Shown: positions 1 to 10,506, numbered from the stretch's first letter. The stretch is DNA of 64,000 nucleotides from Vulcanimicrobiota bacterium (GCA_963714015.1 OY970223.1:960001-1024000); one strand, 5' to 3'. Made by a program: numbers and translations. Notes: generated by a model not told the origin, from the letters alone.

Positions 1-274
1 AACTCTATCGTGTTTCTGCAGACGACCAGCAATATCACGTACGGAAGTAACCGTTCCGACGCCGCTGCAGTCCACGCTCGGCACCGCGAACCAAAGCCTT
101 TCGGCAACGGAAAACTTCTTCGACACGCCCGATCTCGGAACGCTGCTCACCTGCTACACCGAGCTCGATACGGCCGTGAAGCAAACACTTGCGAACACGC
201 CGCAAGGTGTCGTCACCGCGCCGACGCCGATTCCGGACGACAATCCCGTAAACCCGTTGACGGTAGGCTGCTGA
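1..274 (+). CDS. 3' end (partial) of a TadE-like minor pilin, paralog of 12800..13486
   Basis: Not in ORF track. My translation of frame +2 gives ...QSLSATENFFDTPDLGTLLTCYTELDTAVKQTL...LTVGC*, which matches NTLSATQNFFNTPDIASLIQCYPQLQSAVSNSL...LGLTAC of 12800..13486. Its TGA (272-274) overlaps the ATG of the next gene. Probable indel near nt 45. Confidence 0.75.
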   Translation, partial: TLSCFCRRPAISRTEVTVPTPLQSTLGTANQSLSATENFFDTPDLGTLLTCYTELDTAVKQTLANTPQGVVTAPTPIPDDNPVNPLTVGC

Positions 275-1620
275 TGTCGACGTACGCGCTGGCGATTCCC
301 GAATCTTACACTCCCCGGCCGGCCGCATACGGAACGCGCGCGCAGCTCAGCGCCCCAACCGGTGACGTCGAAGGGTATCTGGCCTTGGCCGGCTGCGACA
401 AGCGCGCAGGAACGGCGAGTTATGCGTTGCGTATCGTCAATCAAAGCGACCGCGCACTGCGCGCACGCATGACCTGCGCCACTCTGCGCGGCGAGTCGAT
501 TCTGGCATATCCGCTGGACGTACACGTCGCGCCTTTCTCGATCTCCGAAACCCTGCTGCCGGTGCGAGTTGCGGACGTCGGACCGTACGATCGCGCCATC
601 GTCAACGTGGAAGGCGGCGAGATTGCCTTTTCGCTCGAAGCGCCGGCGCCCTCACGCGCCGGCCGCCGCTCGCGCTGGATGATCTATGCAATTCTCGCCG
701 TGCTCTTGAGCGTTGCCGCGGCATGCGCCGCGGGACTATCGACTCCGCGGCTGGCGCTGCTGGCGGCGCCGCGTCGCACCTTTGCGGGAACTGCGATCGA
801 CGTGCCTTACGCATTCGGCGGCTGGGCTGCGATGCAATACGCGCTTCAGACGCCCGACGGCCGTCAACTCGCCGCCGGTATGACCGGCGCTCACGAAGGC
901 ACGCTGCAGTTCACCGTTCCCTCGTCGGCCGGAAACGACGTCGTGCTTTCCGTCAACGTCACGGGCCTGTTCGGTCATACGTCGACGACGCGGACGATCG
1001 CGATCGCTCCGCAGGTTCAGCACCGCGCCGCTCGCTCGCCGCTCGTTCCACGCATCACCGCCTTTGCGGTTTCACCGAACGTGCGCGCCGGCGACACGCT
1101 GCGCGTCAACTATATAACGAATGCGCGCGACGGCGAAGTTTGGCTCATCGACGACACCGGCACCCTTTGGGCTCGCCAACCGGTAAACGGCATGGGAGAA
1201 ACCGATCTCGAGATCCCGCAACAAGCGGCGGGGCGGCAGATGCGTGTCGTATTGCATGCGCGCATCGCCGGTACGGATGCAGTTGCAAGCGCAGTCGTGC
1301 TCGTATCACCCGGATCGGTAAAGGCTCAGCCGGCCGCCGGTGCCGGAACCGCGTCCATTGCGCTTTCTTCCGCTGCGGTTGCGCCGGGCCAGAACTTCAC
1401 CGTCAACGTTTCCGGCGATCACACCGACGCGCAGATCGTGCTCGCCGACAGTTCCGGAAATCAGATCGAGCAAGCCGACGTCCCGGCCGACCAAAGTTCC
1501 GCAACGCTCACGGCGCCTTCGACGGCTTCCCAGCGAACGTACTATGTTACAGCGACCATCAGCCAAGGCGTGAGCCAGGAAACGGTTGTCAGGAAACTGA
1601 CCGTCGCTCCCTCGAACTAA
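274..1620 (+). CDS. Bitopic membrane protein with ~3 extracytoplasmic beta-rich (Ig-like) domains; Tad-locus associated
   Basis: ORF 10..1620 re-started at ATG 274 (MSTYALAIP), coupled to the upstream TGA. One hydrophobic helix (WMIYAILAVLLSVAAACAAGL). Colinear similarity with 14883..16172. Confidence 0.75.
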   Translation: MSTYALAIPESYTPRPAAYGTRAQLSAPTGDVEGYLALAGCDKRAGTASYALRIVNQSDRALRARMTCATLRGESILAYPLDVHVAPFSISETLLPVRVADVGPYDRAIVNVEGGEIAFSLEAPAPSRAGRRSRWMIYAILAVLLSVAAACAAGLSTPRLALLAAPRRTFAGTAIDVPYAFGGWAAMQYALQTPDGRQLAAGMTGAHEGTLQFTVPSSAGNDVVLSVNVTGLFGHTSTTRTIAIAPQVQHRAARSPLVPRITAFAVSPNVRAGDTLRVNYITNARDGEVWLIDDTGTLWARQPVNGMGETDLEIPQQAAGRQMRVVLHARIAGTDAVASAVVLVSPGSVKAQPAAGAGTASIALSSAAVAPGQNFTVNVSGDHTDAQIVLADSSGNQIEQADVPADQSSATLTAPSTASQRTYYVTATISQGVSQETVVRKLTVAPSN

Positions 1621-1672
1621 AACCAAGCGGCAGACCACCCGATGAACCACTTGGAGGGTTCGGAGGCAAAAC

Positions 1673-3064
1673 ATGGACGTGCCCGAAGCCGCGGCGTTAC
1701 CGCGGCTGGCCCATTTTATTCTGGAACGGCATAGACTGCTGGAGCGCTGCACGCCATCCAGCGGGATACTGAAGCTCGTCTTATCGCCGGCGGGCTACGG
1801 GAAGACGGTTCTGGTGACGCAGTTCGCGCGGCTCTACGCCGGGCGCTATGCGTATATTGCTCTGCGTCCCGAGCACGACCGCCCCTGGGTCGAGCGCGCG
1901 ATTCGCGGCGCCATCGAGGGCGGACGGCACCTCATCATCGACGACGCGCACCTCGCCTGCGAAAGCGGACGCGATGCCTTGCGTCAAATGCTCGCAACGC
2001 TCGACGGCGGCGTCGACGCGATCGTGTGCGCGCGCACCCCGGAGGGCGTGGTCGAGCGCCGATCGCTCTTCGACGGTTCCACCGACGTCATCGACGCGGC
2101 GGAGCTTGCGTTTTCGCCGCAAGAACTGCGCGCATTGTGCGGACGCCTCGGCGTAGCGTATCGCGATCAGACGATTCGGCATTTCGAACAGCGCACGGGA
2201 TGCTGGCCCATCGCCGTAAGCGGCGCGCTCCGGGTCGGCGGCGAACGCGCTCTCCCGATCGAAGAAGCAGTCGACGTTTGGTATCAGATACACGGCACCG
2301 CGTTTGCGCGATTCGTCGCCGACGAATCGCTGCTGCTGCCGCAGGGTGCGGCCTTCCTCAAACATGTCCGCCATCCCGGACCGACCTCACAAGAGGAATT
2401 GAAAGCTTGGCACGCGGCGGGGCTCTTCGTCGGGCGCGACGGCCAGGATTTTCGCGTGCTGCCCGTCGTCTACGGCGTCTTCGGAAACGAACCGCAGATC
2501 GGCCCGGGGGCCCAGCTGCCTATGCGCGTCGAACTTTTTAGTGACGACATGCGCACCACCATCGGAGATTTGCGCGTCCAGTGGGTGCGTCACAAGGACG
2601 CGCAGCTCTTCAAATATCTCGTCTTGCGCAACGCGGTCGTCACCCGCGCCGAATTGATGGAAATCTTTTGGCCCGGACGCGAGCGTAACATCGCGGCGCA
2701 AAACTTGCGCACCACGTGCAGCAACATCCGCCGCGCGCTCAAGCGGATCGTCGGCGAGGACTGCGTCACGCGCTACTTCCAGTCGGACGGCAACATTCGC
2801 ATCGTCGCGCCGGCGATGACCGACGCCGACGAATTCCGTGAAACGATCAAACTCGCGCGCACTGCCCTCTCCGGCGGCGACAGCCGCACCGCGCGAGAGC
2901 ACTTCAAGAAAGCCCGCGAAATCTATCGCAACGATCTGCTGACCGGCATGCCGACGTGCGGCTTCGAAGAATTTGCCTGCGCGTTGCGTCAGGACTTCGG
3001 CGAAGCGGTCCACCGCTTGCGAACCCTTCCCGAATTAGCCCGTCCGGCGGCTACCGCCAGTTAG
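1673..3064 (+). CDS. Transcriptional regulator: N-terminal MalT-like P-loop ATPase, C-terminal SARP-type winged helix and partial BTAD
   Basis: Walker A SPAGYGKT, Walker B HLIIDDAH, TGCWPIAV. C-terminal LFKYLVL..VTRAELMEIFWPG..AAQNLRTTCSNIRRAL and DADEF..AREIYRNDLL. GGAGG RBS upstream. Confidence 0.8.
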   Translation: MDVPEAAALPRLAHFILERHRLLERCTPSSGILKLVLSPAGYGKTVLVTQFARLYAGRYAYIALRPEHDRPWVERAIRGAIEGGRHLIIDDAHLACESGRDALRQMLATLDGGVDAIVCARTPEGVVERRSLFDGSTDVIDAAELAFSPQELRALCGRLGVAYRDQTIRHFEQRTGCWPIAVSGALRVGGERALPIEEAVDVWYQIHGTAFARFVADESLLLPQGAAFLKHVRHPGPTSQEELKAWHAAGLFVGRDGQDFRVLPVVYGVFGNEPQIGPGAQLPMRVELFSDDMRTTIGDLRVQWVRHKDAQLFKYLVLRNAVVTRAELMEIFWPGRERNIAAQNLRTTCSNIRRALKRIVGEDCVTRYFQSDGNIRIVAPAMTDADEFRETIKLARTALSGGDSRTAREHFKKAREIYRNDLLTGMPTCGFEEFACALRQDFGEAVHRLRTLPELARPAATAS

Positions 3065-3705
3065 ACCTTACTCCACCAGGAGAAGGTAAGGGCTACGTCT
3101 GTAGCGTGAAAGCCAGCGAAGCTGAAAACGCAGATCGCCATGTAGGGTGCGAAGGCGATGGGCGTTTTGCCGCGGTCGCGGATGATCGAACCGGCAGTGG
3201 CCGCGAGGCACGCGGCGCCCAAAACGCCGAACGACCAAGGTAACCCGAGAATAGCGCCGGCAAGTCCGGCGAGTTTTGCGTCGCCCCAGCCCATGCCGCG
3301 CCCGCGTGAAAGCCATGCGGCGCAGGCGAACGCCGCGAATGTAATCGCCGCGAAGAGGATGATCTTCCAACCATGCGTGAGCGCCGCGAAGACGATGACG
3401 ATCGCGAGCGGCAGCAATGTGAAGGCGTCCGGGATGCGGCCTTTGCGCGCATCCGCGTACCAGCTTCCAATTAGCGGAATGCCCATCAGCGCGACGAGCG
3501 CGAGTTGCTGTGCGTGCGCGCCGCGCAGGGCAAGCACGGCCCCGACCGCAGCCATGAACACGGCGGGAATCGCCGGACGCAAATGACCGGCTGCCGAGTC
3601 GTCTTCGGCAGTCTCGGCGCCCCCGGCCAGCAGCTGCGCGAGCGCAACTCCCACTGCGCCGGAAGCGGCGAAAATGAACGCGGAGAGCAGCAGCCGCAGA
3701 ATCAC
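3061..3705 (-). CDS. Prepilin peptidase (A24 family, CpaA/TadV-like)
   Basis: Motifs D..KGRIPD, GMGWGDAKL and IAFAPY; multi-TM. GTG 3705 overlaps the tadC stop. Confidence 0.85.
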   Translation of the reverse strand: MILRLLLSAFIFAASGAVGVALAQLLAGGAETAEDDSAAGHLRPAIPAVFMAAVGAVLALRGAHAQQLALVALMGIPLIGSWYADARKGRIPDAFTLLPLAIVIVFAALTHGWKIILFAAITFAAFACAAWLSRGRGMGWGDAKLAGLAGAILGLPWSFGVLGAACLAATAGSIIRDRGKTPIAFAPYMAICVFSFAGFHATDVALTFSWWSKV

Positions 3706-4550
3706 TGCGGATGCTCCAGCAGTTTGGCAACGACCGCGCCGAAGATCAAGAGCATCAGTGCCGGCAGCATGCAAAGGCCGACGGGAAAGACCAGTTTGTT
3801 GGGCAGTTGCGCCGCCAGTTCTTCGGCCCGCATGAAGCGCCGTTCGCGCGTCTCGCTTGCGAGCTGCGCCAAAACCTCGGTAATACTAGCACCTAGGCGT
3901 TCGGACTGCACGATTGCAATCATTGCCGTGGTCACATCCGGTTCCCGAACGCGCTGAGCGAGCGCGACCAGCGCGTCGGCGCGAGAACGGCCCAGCCGAA
4001 TGTCTTGCAGCGCTGCTTGAATCTCCTCGCCCAGCGGTCCGTGCAGCCCTTGCGCGGACGCCAAGATCGCCGCATTGAGTGCGACGCCGGCGTCGACCGT
4101 CGTGGAAAGCACGTCCAAGAAATCGGGAAGTTCGCGGCGCAGGCCCAACTTGCGCCGGTCGATGGCGCGGTTCAATTCACCGGAAGGAAAATAAGCGCCG
4201 CCGGCAGCCACGCAAATCACCAGCACCGCAAAGACCGCGGAGAACTGATGGAAATAGATCATTGCCACAATGCCCAAGATTGCGCCCACAACGGCGCCCG
4301 TCAGAGTACGCGTGGAGAATGCCGACGGCGTGACGTTGTACCAGCCGGCTTCCTGAAGCCGAGCGGAAAGCGCATTGGTGCGGCGTTCATCAAGCAGCCG
4401 GCGAATGAAAGAGTCCTGCTTGCGCTCGATCCCCGCGGACGCGTCCAGCGCGGCAACTCGGGACATGACGTCATCGTCTTTGCGCACCAGCATGTAGACG
4501 ATGCCGCCGGCGGCGACCAGCAACAACAAAATGAGAACCGGAAAGTTCAT
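3702..4550 (-). CDS. tadC: Tad pilus platform protein TadC (T2SS F family)
   Basis: ELPDFLDVL..VDAGVAL, LGEEI..ALQDIRLGRSRADAL, QSERLGASI..VL, AEELAAQLPNKLVFP. Confidence 0.9.
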   Translation of the reverse strand: MNFPVLILLLLVAAGGIVYMLVRKDDDVMSRVAALDASAGIERKQDSFIRRLLDERRTNALSARLQEAGWYNVTPSAFSTRTLTGAVVGAILGIVAMIYFHQFSAVFAVLVICVAAGGAYFPSGELNRAIDRRKLGLRRELPDFLDVLSTTVDAGVALNAAILASAQGLHGPLGEEIQAALQDIRLGRSRADALVALAQRVREPDVTTAMIAIVQSERLGASITEVLAQLASETRERRFMRAEELAAQLPNKLVFPVGLCMLPALMLLIFGAVVAKLLEHPQ

Positions 4551-4554
4551 ACGA

Positions 4555-5414
4555 TCAAATATCCAATTCCGAAATCTTGTTGAAGAGCCACCATCCCAGC
4601 ACGAGCAGCCCCGCAACTGCGCCCATCACACCGCGCCCGATAATGCGTGTAGAAGAGGCCTTCCCGGATATCGGATTCGAACGTGGTAACGAAGATGCCG
4701 ACGAAAATCGGTAATCCGGTGATGATCCATTTCGTGGCGCGGGCTTCCGCCGTGAGCGCGCGTATTTTTTGCGCAAGCCGTCGCCGCTCTTTGATGGTTC
4801 CGGCCATGTTCTCGAGCACGCGCGAGAGGTTTCCGCCGGTCTGGCCTTGCAGCCGAATCGCGCGAGCCATCATGTTCATCTCGCCCGACGGCATGCGTTC
4901 CGCCAGGGCATCCAGTGCATCGTACAGACTCACGCCGATCTGCGTTTGACTGAGCACGCGCGTGAACTCCACACGGGCGGGGTCCGGCATGTCGGTCGAC
5001 GACGTTCACGAGCGCTTGACGTAATCCCAATCCGACGCGCATCGCGCCCGCGATAAGACGCAGCGCCATCTCCAGCTGATTGTTGAACTGCGCCAAGCGT
5101 TTGCCGATGCGAATGTTGATCCAGGCACGTGCCCCGAAAAACGAGAGTGACGAGGTTATGACGAGCAAGGCGGCGCCGACCAGCAGCGATGGACGCAGCA
5201 TGAACATCACAACGCCCCAGGGGATCGTTCCGAAAGCGAGCACGGCCAGGGCCAGCTCTTCGGATTTGATCGGAATCGCCGCCTTCTCCAGACCGGTGCG
5301 ATAGGGCTCGATCAGCCTGGCGATGACGAGAACGACGCGTTCCCAATACGAGAAGAAGCAGTACGCGACGGCTCCGCCGATACCGATGACGAGCAACGGA
5401 ATGGCAAGCGGCAT
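4555..5414 (-). CDS. tadB: Tad pilus platform protein TadB (2 apparent frameshifts, ~4995 and ~4645)
   Basis: Split over ORFs 4626..5519 (FNNQLEMALRLIAGAMRVGLGL), 4547..4990 (EF.RVL.QTQIGVSLYDAL, QTGGNLSRVLENMAGTIKERR, IRALTAEAR) and 4555..4776 (C-terminal TM). Confidence 0.85.
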
Positions 5415-5425
5415 CTCTCGACTAC

Positions 5426-7485
5426 CTAGAAGGCGACGGCGAGCTTCATCTCGCTCATGCGCGACAGGTCGAACGTGACTCCGTATTCGCCGAAGCGCTG
5501 CATCGCGTAGCGGCTGCACGCCGGTGAAGATGAAATTGCCGTCGGTCTCGCCTTCTTTGTTCAGGCCCCTGCTGCTGGAAGCGGCACGATCTCCATCATC
5601 GAAACCACATCGCCCTCCAGCCCGATTACTTCGCTGATGCTGGTGATTTTGCGCGAACCGTCGCGCATCCGGGCGACTTGTATGACGACGTCGACCGCGC
5701 TGACGATCTGCTCGCGAATCGCCCGCACCGGAATGTCGTATCCTGCCATCAGCACCATCGTTTCAATACGCGAGAGGCAGTCGCGCGGCGTATTGGCATG
5801 TACGGTCGTGAGCGATCCGTCGTGACCGGTGTTCATCGCCTGCAGCATGTCGAGCGCTTCACCGCCGCGGCACTCGCCGACGACGATGCGATCGGGGCGC
5901 ATGCGCAGCGCGTTTCGAACCAAATCGCGGATCTTGATCTCGCCGTGGCCTTCGACGTTGGGCGGGCGTGCTTCCATCCGAACGACGTGATCTTGATCCA
6001 GATAGAGTTCCGCGGCGTCTTCGATCGTCACGATGCGTTCGGAACTCGGCAAAAAATGGGAGAGGACGTTCAGCATCGTCGTTTTGCCCGAGCCGGTGCC
6101 GCCGCTGATGACGATATTGAGCCGGGCCTCGACGCACGCGCGTAAGAAATCCGCCATGACCGGCAGCATCGAGCCGCGATTGATGAGGTCTTCGATGTTC
6201 AGCCGGCGCTTTCCGAAGCGGCGGATCGTGATCGTCGACCCGTCGATCGTGAGCGGCTCGATCGTAGCGTTCACGCGGGAGCCGTCGGGAAGACGCGCGT
6301 CCACCATCGGAACGGATTCGTCGATACGCCGGCCGAGCGGCGAGATAATGCGCTCGATGATCAGACGCAGCTGTCGCTCGTCCACGAACCGCTTCTCGGT
6401 TTTGACGATCCGGCCTTCGCGCTCGGTGTAGATCTTATTCGGGCCGCACACCATGATCTCGGTGATGCTGGTGTCGCGCATCAAATCTTCGAGCGGCCCC
6501 AAACCGAGCGCCTCGTCCAAAATTTCCTGGCGCAGCCTTGCGATCTCTTCGGCAGAACCGGCGTCTTCATGCGAACTGACCAGATCTGGCAGACGGCAGT
6601 TTCGACTTCGGAGCGAAGTTCTTCCGCGCGAAGTTGATCGGCGGCAGCGACGGCTGCGAAGTCGATTCGACGCGAAAGTTCGCTGATGAATTTGATTCTT
6701 CAGATCGTCACGCGCGGTGCGGCGCGGCACGGCGGCGCGCTGTTCGACGTCGGGATTTCCGGCATTCCCGGGATTGCGCGGGCCCAAGCGGCGCTCTCCG
6801 AGCGGAGTTGAAGCGGACGGGCGAAGCAGGAGCACTTCAGCCGGCGGCAGCGCTTCCAGCGCGGCCTGCAGTCCCGCCACGGCTTTTTCGTAGCGGCGGT
6901 CGTCCTTGGGTGGGATTTCCGCGATCATCTGCGCGCCAAGCGCGCGCTCGACGTTCGCGCGCGAAACTTCCGGCCGCGGATGCGCCGTGGAAAGCACGAA
7001 ACGCATGCGATGCGCGGGCACGCCGAACTTGTGCAGTTCGTGCTGCATTGCGCGCGCACCGGTGACGCCCAGGAGGGTTGGTTCGACGACGATGATCATG
7101 CCGGTAGCGCGCACGGCGAACGGCCGGACGGCGGCGGCGAAGGGTTGCGGCGCATCGACGATGACGACTTGAGACTCTTGCAGCGAGGTCGCGAAGAATT
7201 CATCGATGCGATCGGACTTGATGGTAAAACCTTCGTGAATGCTCGCGGCCATCTCGAGCAAGCTCAAGTTCGGGTCCGACCGCGGCAATGCCGAAACCGT
7301 CCGCGGCGCGATGTTCGTCGAGCGTGCGAAAAGCAGTTGAACAACGCAGCGCCGCTGCGGCGGCCGGACAGATCGCCGTCCACCATCAGCGAAGCGGTGC
7401 TTTGAGCGTAGCGCTTGGCCAAATCGACACATAGTGTCGTTGACCCGACGCCGCCCTTCGCGCCGATGACGAGCAGAATCAGCAT
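5426..7485 (-). CDS. cpaF: CpaE/TadZ-like ParA domain fused to CpaF/TadA pilus ATPase (several apparent frameshifts)
   Basis: N-terminal [10 protein letters not shown] and VIVDAP (ParA/CpaE-like). CpaF motifs [55 protein letters not shown]-terminus reconstructed (..[14 protein letters not shown]) ending ~5426. Confidence 0.88.
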
Positions 7486-7488
7486 GGG

Positions 7489-8355
7489 CTAATGCGTGCT
7501 CGAGCCGTTCTGGACGTGATCGCCCAGAATATACTCGATCCCGTCGCCGCGAGAAGCCGGGGGTGCCGCCGGCGCTGCCGGTTGAGGAGCGGGCGGAGGC
7601 GCAGCAGCCGCGGGTATCGGAGCCGGTGCCGACATGGCCGCCGCGGCGGTCGCCGGAAGCACGAAGGTATCCGTGGGCTCGGATCGGGTGGGTTCATCCG
7701 GCGGCCGCAGCGCCAGACCGTAACGTCGCGTTTAGATCCGCGACCGCGAGCGTTTTGGCTTGATCGGACGACACGCGCAGCGTGACCGAGCGAAGCGCGG
7801 CTTGCGGACCGGGCGTTGCGCCGGCCGGCGGATCGATGAGACCCCCGATCGCCAGAACGATGACGTTGCGAAGGATGGCGAACGCACGCGGCGTCTCAGC
7901 ACCCATTCGCGGCGGGATTGCATAGACGTCGACGTGATCGCCGGGTTGAATGAGACCGGAGACGTCTTTGACTTCGTCGACCGGAATGCTCATGGCGCGC
8001 ATGCCGTCTTTCAAATGAATGAGCGACGGCATGATGCTCGGGACGGCCGCTGTTCGACGACGTGAGCGCGGCGCCGGCCGGAATGTCGGCAAAGGCCACG
8101 TTTCCGTTGACGGCGTCGACGCTCGAGAACGAGCCGGGATCGATGCTGTCGGCGGGGCGCAGCACCGTGCGTACCATCGCAGCGGTGATCTGCTGGCGGG
8201 CTCCGATCGGAACGAGCGCAACCACGACCGGCCGCGGCGGAATTTGCGCCGGCTTGGGAGCGGGGCTGGGCCAGATAATCGAACGCCAGCAGACCTGCGC
8301 CTGCGGCGAGTACCGCTGCGATGATGACGAGCAGCGGCCGTCTCTTGCGGTCCAA
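7489..8355 (-). CDS. cpaB: Flp pilus assembly protein CpaB/RcpC (3 or more apparent frameshifts)
   Basis: N-terminal TM, SAF-like segment VVALVPIGARQQIT, GMRAMSIPVDEVKDVSGLIQPGDHVDV, SVTL.VS..QAKTL, Pro/Ala-rich tail. Pieces in ORFs 8011..8355, 7896..8225 and 7694..8221. Confidence 0.85.
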
Positions 8356-8361
8356 GGCCTT

Positions 8362-8521
8362 TTAGATGTTGCTGTTAACGGATGCGAACGCGGTCGAAAC
8401 CTTGCTCGCCGAGGGTCGAAATCAGCACGATGCAGACCGCGGCGATCAGCGCGACCATGATTCCGTACTCGACCATCGTGGCGCCGCTCTCGTCGGCGAT
8501 CAGGTTTTTGAGTGCAGTCAT
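8362..8521 (-). CDS. flp: Flp major pilin (1 apparent frameshift near 8405)
   Basis: MTALKNLIADESG|ATMVEYGIMVALIAAVCIVLISTLG, continuing in a shifted frame as SKVSTAFASVNSNI*. AAGGAG RBS. Confidence 0.92.
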
Positions 8522-8537
8522 TATGTTCTCCTTAACG

Positions 8538-8954
8538 TTAGTAGGGTGAGGTGTCCGGAATACCGTCCATCGTGTCGATGTACGGCGAACCCGGCGGTTG
8601 GAGTATGGTTTTTGCAACCGCGGAGGCGCCTTCGGGAGTCGTCGCCTCCACCGTGATCACCGATCCTGCAATGTAGTTCGGCGCAACGCCCACGGTCATG
8701 ACATACTTGCCGTCGGGTCCGGCCTGAGCGACCACGTGATTGAGCCGCAGTATCGGCAGGTCCGCCGAGACCGCTGCGTAGAGGACGAGATCGACCGCTT
8801 CTCCTGCCGGAGCAGTACCGGAGATATCGAGGCTTTGCGCACCCGTATGGGGGTGCACGGTGAGCGTGAGTGTCCCGGTTGCAGCCAAAGACGGCACTTG
8901 CATACATGCGAACGCTGCAAATGCCAATAGCACTGCCGAAAAACGGTTGAGCAT
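8538..8954 (-). CDS. Small secreted beta-rich hypothetical protein, first gene of the flp operon
   Basis: Signal-peptide-like N-terminus (MLNRFSAVLLAFAAFACMQVPSLA), GGAGG RBS, 16 bp upstream of flp. Confidence 0.75.
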   Translation of the reverse strand: MLNRFSAVLLAFAAFACMQVPSLAATGTLTLTVHPHTGAQSLDISGTAPAGEAVDLVLYAAVSADLPILRLNHVVAQAGPDGKYVMTVGVAPNYIAGSVITVEATTPEGASAVAKTILQPPGSPYIDTMDGIPDTSPY

Positions 8955-9010
8955 GCGACCTCCATCCGATACACGGCATGCGTGCGCGGCGTGAAGAACG
9001 CTGGGAAACT

Positions 9011-9067
9011 CTTTACTGCGCGTTTATAGCGTGTTTACGCGTAAACGTTTACGCGGCATGGCATAAT
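9011..9067. promoter_or_regulatory. Divergent tad promoter: 11-bp-period direct repeats, overlapping palindromes, extended -10
   Basis: TTTA(C/T) at 9012, 9023 and 9034. Palindromes GTTTACGCGTAAAC (9033-9046) and CGCGTAAACGTTTACGCG (9038-9055). TGgCATAAT at 9059-9067, 6 nt before the cpaC GTG. Confidence 0.6.
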
Positions 9068-9073
9068 CCTCGT

Positions 9074-10506
9074 GTGTTACGGACACGCGCGTTTTTTTAT
9101 TCTCTAGCCGCGCTGCTGGCGGCGGGGCTGATCGACGGATCGGCACCGGCGCAGTCGCGCGAGATGCTGACACTCCAGACCGGGCATTCGCTCGTGGTAC
9201 AGGTTCACAACCTGCGCCGCGTGGCGGTCGGCAACGCCGACTGCGTCGGCGTGGTCGCCGTCGGAACCTCGCAGCTCGTCGTCAACGGGAAATCGCCCTG
9301 CCGGACGTCGGTCTTCACCTGGGACGACGACGGCGGACGCAACAGTTACGAAGTGCTGGTGACGAACCAAGACCTGGACAAGGTCTCGCAGATGCTCCGC
9401 GCGGCCGATCTCCGAGCCGGACGTTCAGGTGCTCAGCTTCGGTAGCGGCATCATTCTTCGCGGCACCGTTCCGGACATGGCCGCGTACGTCGATCTTCAG
9501 GACGTGCTTTCGAACTTCGGCGACTATGCCCACCAGAATCAACTATCAAATCGTCAATGCCGTCCGCATCGCGCACTCGCTGCGTTCGATCGGAGCGGAC
9601 TTTGCCGCCACGCCGGGCGTTTCGGGGCTGCAGATAGAGCCGGACGGTAAAGGGAACGTGATCGTCAGCGGGCAGCGTTCCGGACGAACTGACTTCGCAA
9701 AAGGTCATTCAGCGCGCACAAACGTTAGCCGGTCCCTATTTGGCGGCCACGGGAAAAGTCGTCAATCGGTTGGAGATCGCAAACGAGAGTGAAGTCGACG
9801 TAAAGCTCTACGTCCTCGAAGTCGACCGCACGGGCCTGAGCCAGCTCGGCGTACGTCTGCAATCGGGTACGCCGGATCCGAATAATCCCGCGAACATCAT
9901 TTCCGGGTCCGCCATTCTTCCCGCTCCTCGAGGCGCCGGCAGCCGCAGGCCCGGGCAGGGCCTTGAACGTCGGCGCGTTCTACCGAACGACGATTACTCG
10001 AACCGACTATCGACTTGCTCATCCAAAAAGGCCACGCGCGCGTGCTTTCCTCACCCGACTTGGTGGCGCTGCCCGGCACGGATGCATCGTTTTTGGTCGG
10101 CGGATCCATTCCGTACGTCTATTCGAGCGGCATCGGTCAGGTAAGCGTGGTCTTCAAAGACTACGGCGTGCAGATGAACGTTACGCCGCAGATTCTGCCG
10201 AGCGGATCGATCCGCACGAAAGTTGCGCCGGACATTTCCGATTTGGACTACCAGAATGCGGTGCAAATCAATGGGTTCTATATTCCCGCTCTCAAGGAAA
10301 GCAAACTCTCGACGGAACTCGTGACGAGGCCCGGCGAGAGCATCATCATGGGCGGCCTGCTGCGGCGCATCGAGCAGAAGACGATCCAAAAGATTCCGAT
10401 TCTTTCGAACATTCCCGTACTGGGCAAGCTCTTCCAGGACGTGAACTACCAGGACGGACAGACCGACGTCGTCTTCGTGATGACGCCGCAAGTGATCAAT
10501 CAGTAA
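9074..10506 (+). CDS. cpaC: Pilus secretin CpaC/RcpA (multiple apparent frameshifts)
   Basis: N-domain GHSLVV..RRVAVGNAD..QLVVNGK. C-terminal secretin ARVLSSPDLVALPG..ASFLVGGSIP, FKDYGVQMNVTP, KIPILSNIPVLGKLF, VFVMTP. Split over at least 5 ORFs. Confidence 0.88.

Noticed and set aside
10..273. N-terminal 88 aa of ORF 10..1620
   Set aside because: The region is better explained by the frame +2 TadE-paralog C-terminus; the real start is probably ATG 274.
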